DNA of 64,000 nt from Candidatus Latescibacterota bacterium. Lineage in GTDB: Bacteria > Latescibacterota > UBA2968 > SICM01. Shown piece after piece: positions 63,818 to 64,000 of the stretch. The notes below the pieces were generated by a model. It had not been told where the DNA came from. It did not search any database and was given only the letters and a program-made list of their open reading frames with translations. A program made the position numbers and the translations under genes. The stretch spans positions 2,368,001 to 2,432,000 of the forward strand of contig CBDCJO010000002.1 of assembly GCA_965217865.1 (NCBI GenBank), written 5' to 3'. Within the stretch, counting starts at the first letter, position 1; each line of letters begins with the position of its first letter.

Positions 63818-64000
63818 ACCGGGGTTCAACGCCTTTTGGACATCCACTCGGCAATGGTTTCTGCCAGTTCGGTCTGGGCATCTTCGGTGGTTTTACCGGA
63901 GCGCTTAAGGACTTTGAAACTGTGATCCGCGGAGTCGATAACGTGAAGGGAAACCCTGTCCCCGAGTTTTTGACATAGGGGTTGCAACACCTCAAGATCG

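Noticed and set aside
63495-63995. ORFs at the right edge
   Set aside because: They overlap the kinase gene, show no recognisable motifs and cannot be supported.

Overview
Bacterial chromosomal window, probably from an uncultured FCB-group organism such as Latescibacterota. This is inferred from the PorV/PorQ-like protein, the FlgD/T9SS-type C-terminal domains, a cohesin/dockerin protein and the expansion of YetA/PcRGLX-like genes. Five blocks: (1) 1-27 kb, a co-oriented minus-strand cluster for apparently cytoplasmic sugar/uronate catabolism: four PcRGLX/YetA-like lyase paralogs, GH78, a sialidase-like and a beta-propeller hydrolase, UxuA coupled to an NCS2 permease, SDRs, two HpcH aldolases, PhyH, VOC and LLM; (2) 28.4-36.2 kb, a plus-strand signalling cluster (HDOD-Zn ribbon-REC, REC, GAF-PAS-HisKA, PAS, REC-GAF, FapA) preceded by a strong promoter and a candidate structured RNA; (3) 37.4-46.6 kb, a small membrane peptide/HTH pair, a CdaA-YbbR fusion next to a CHASE2 adenylate cyclase, and a complete IS3 element interrupting a TPR gene; (4) 46.6-55.7 kb, secreted FG-GAP and FN3/cohesin/dockerin proteins; (5) 55.8-64 kb, GT9, an FlhG/MinD-like ATPase divergent from a disordered repeat protein carrying a FliM-N-like motif, an amidase, Gfo/Idh/MocA and a plant-galacturonokinase-like GHMP kinase. 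Degenerate 7-bp tandem repeats occur in many intergenic spacers. Many genes show single-base frameshifts or apparent internal deletions, at least partly suggestive of long-read or assembly error. All protein calls come from motif recognition, not database searches.
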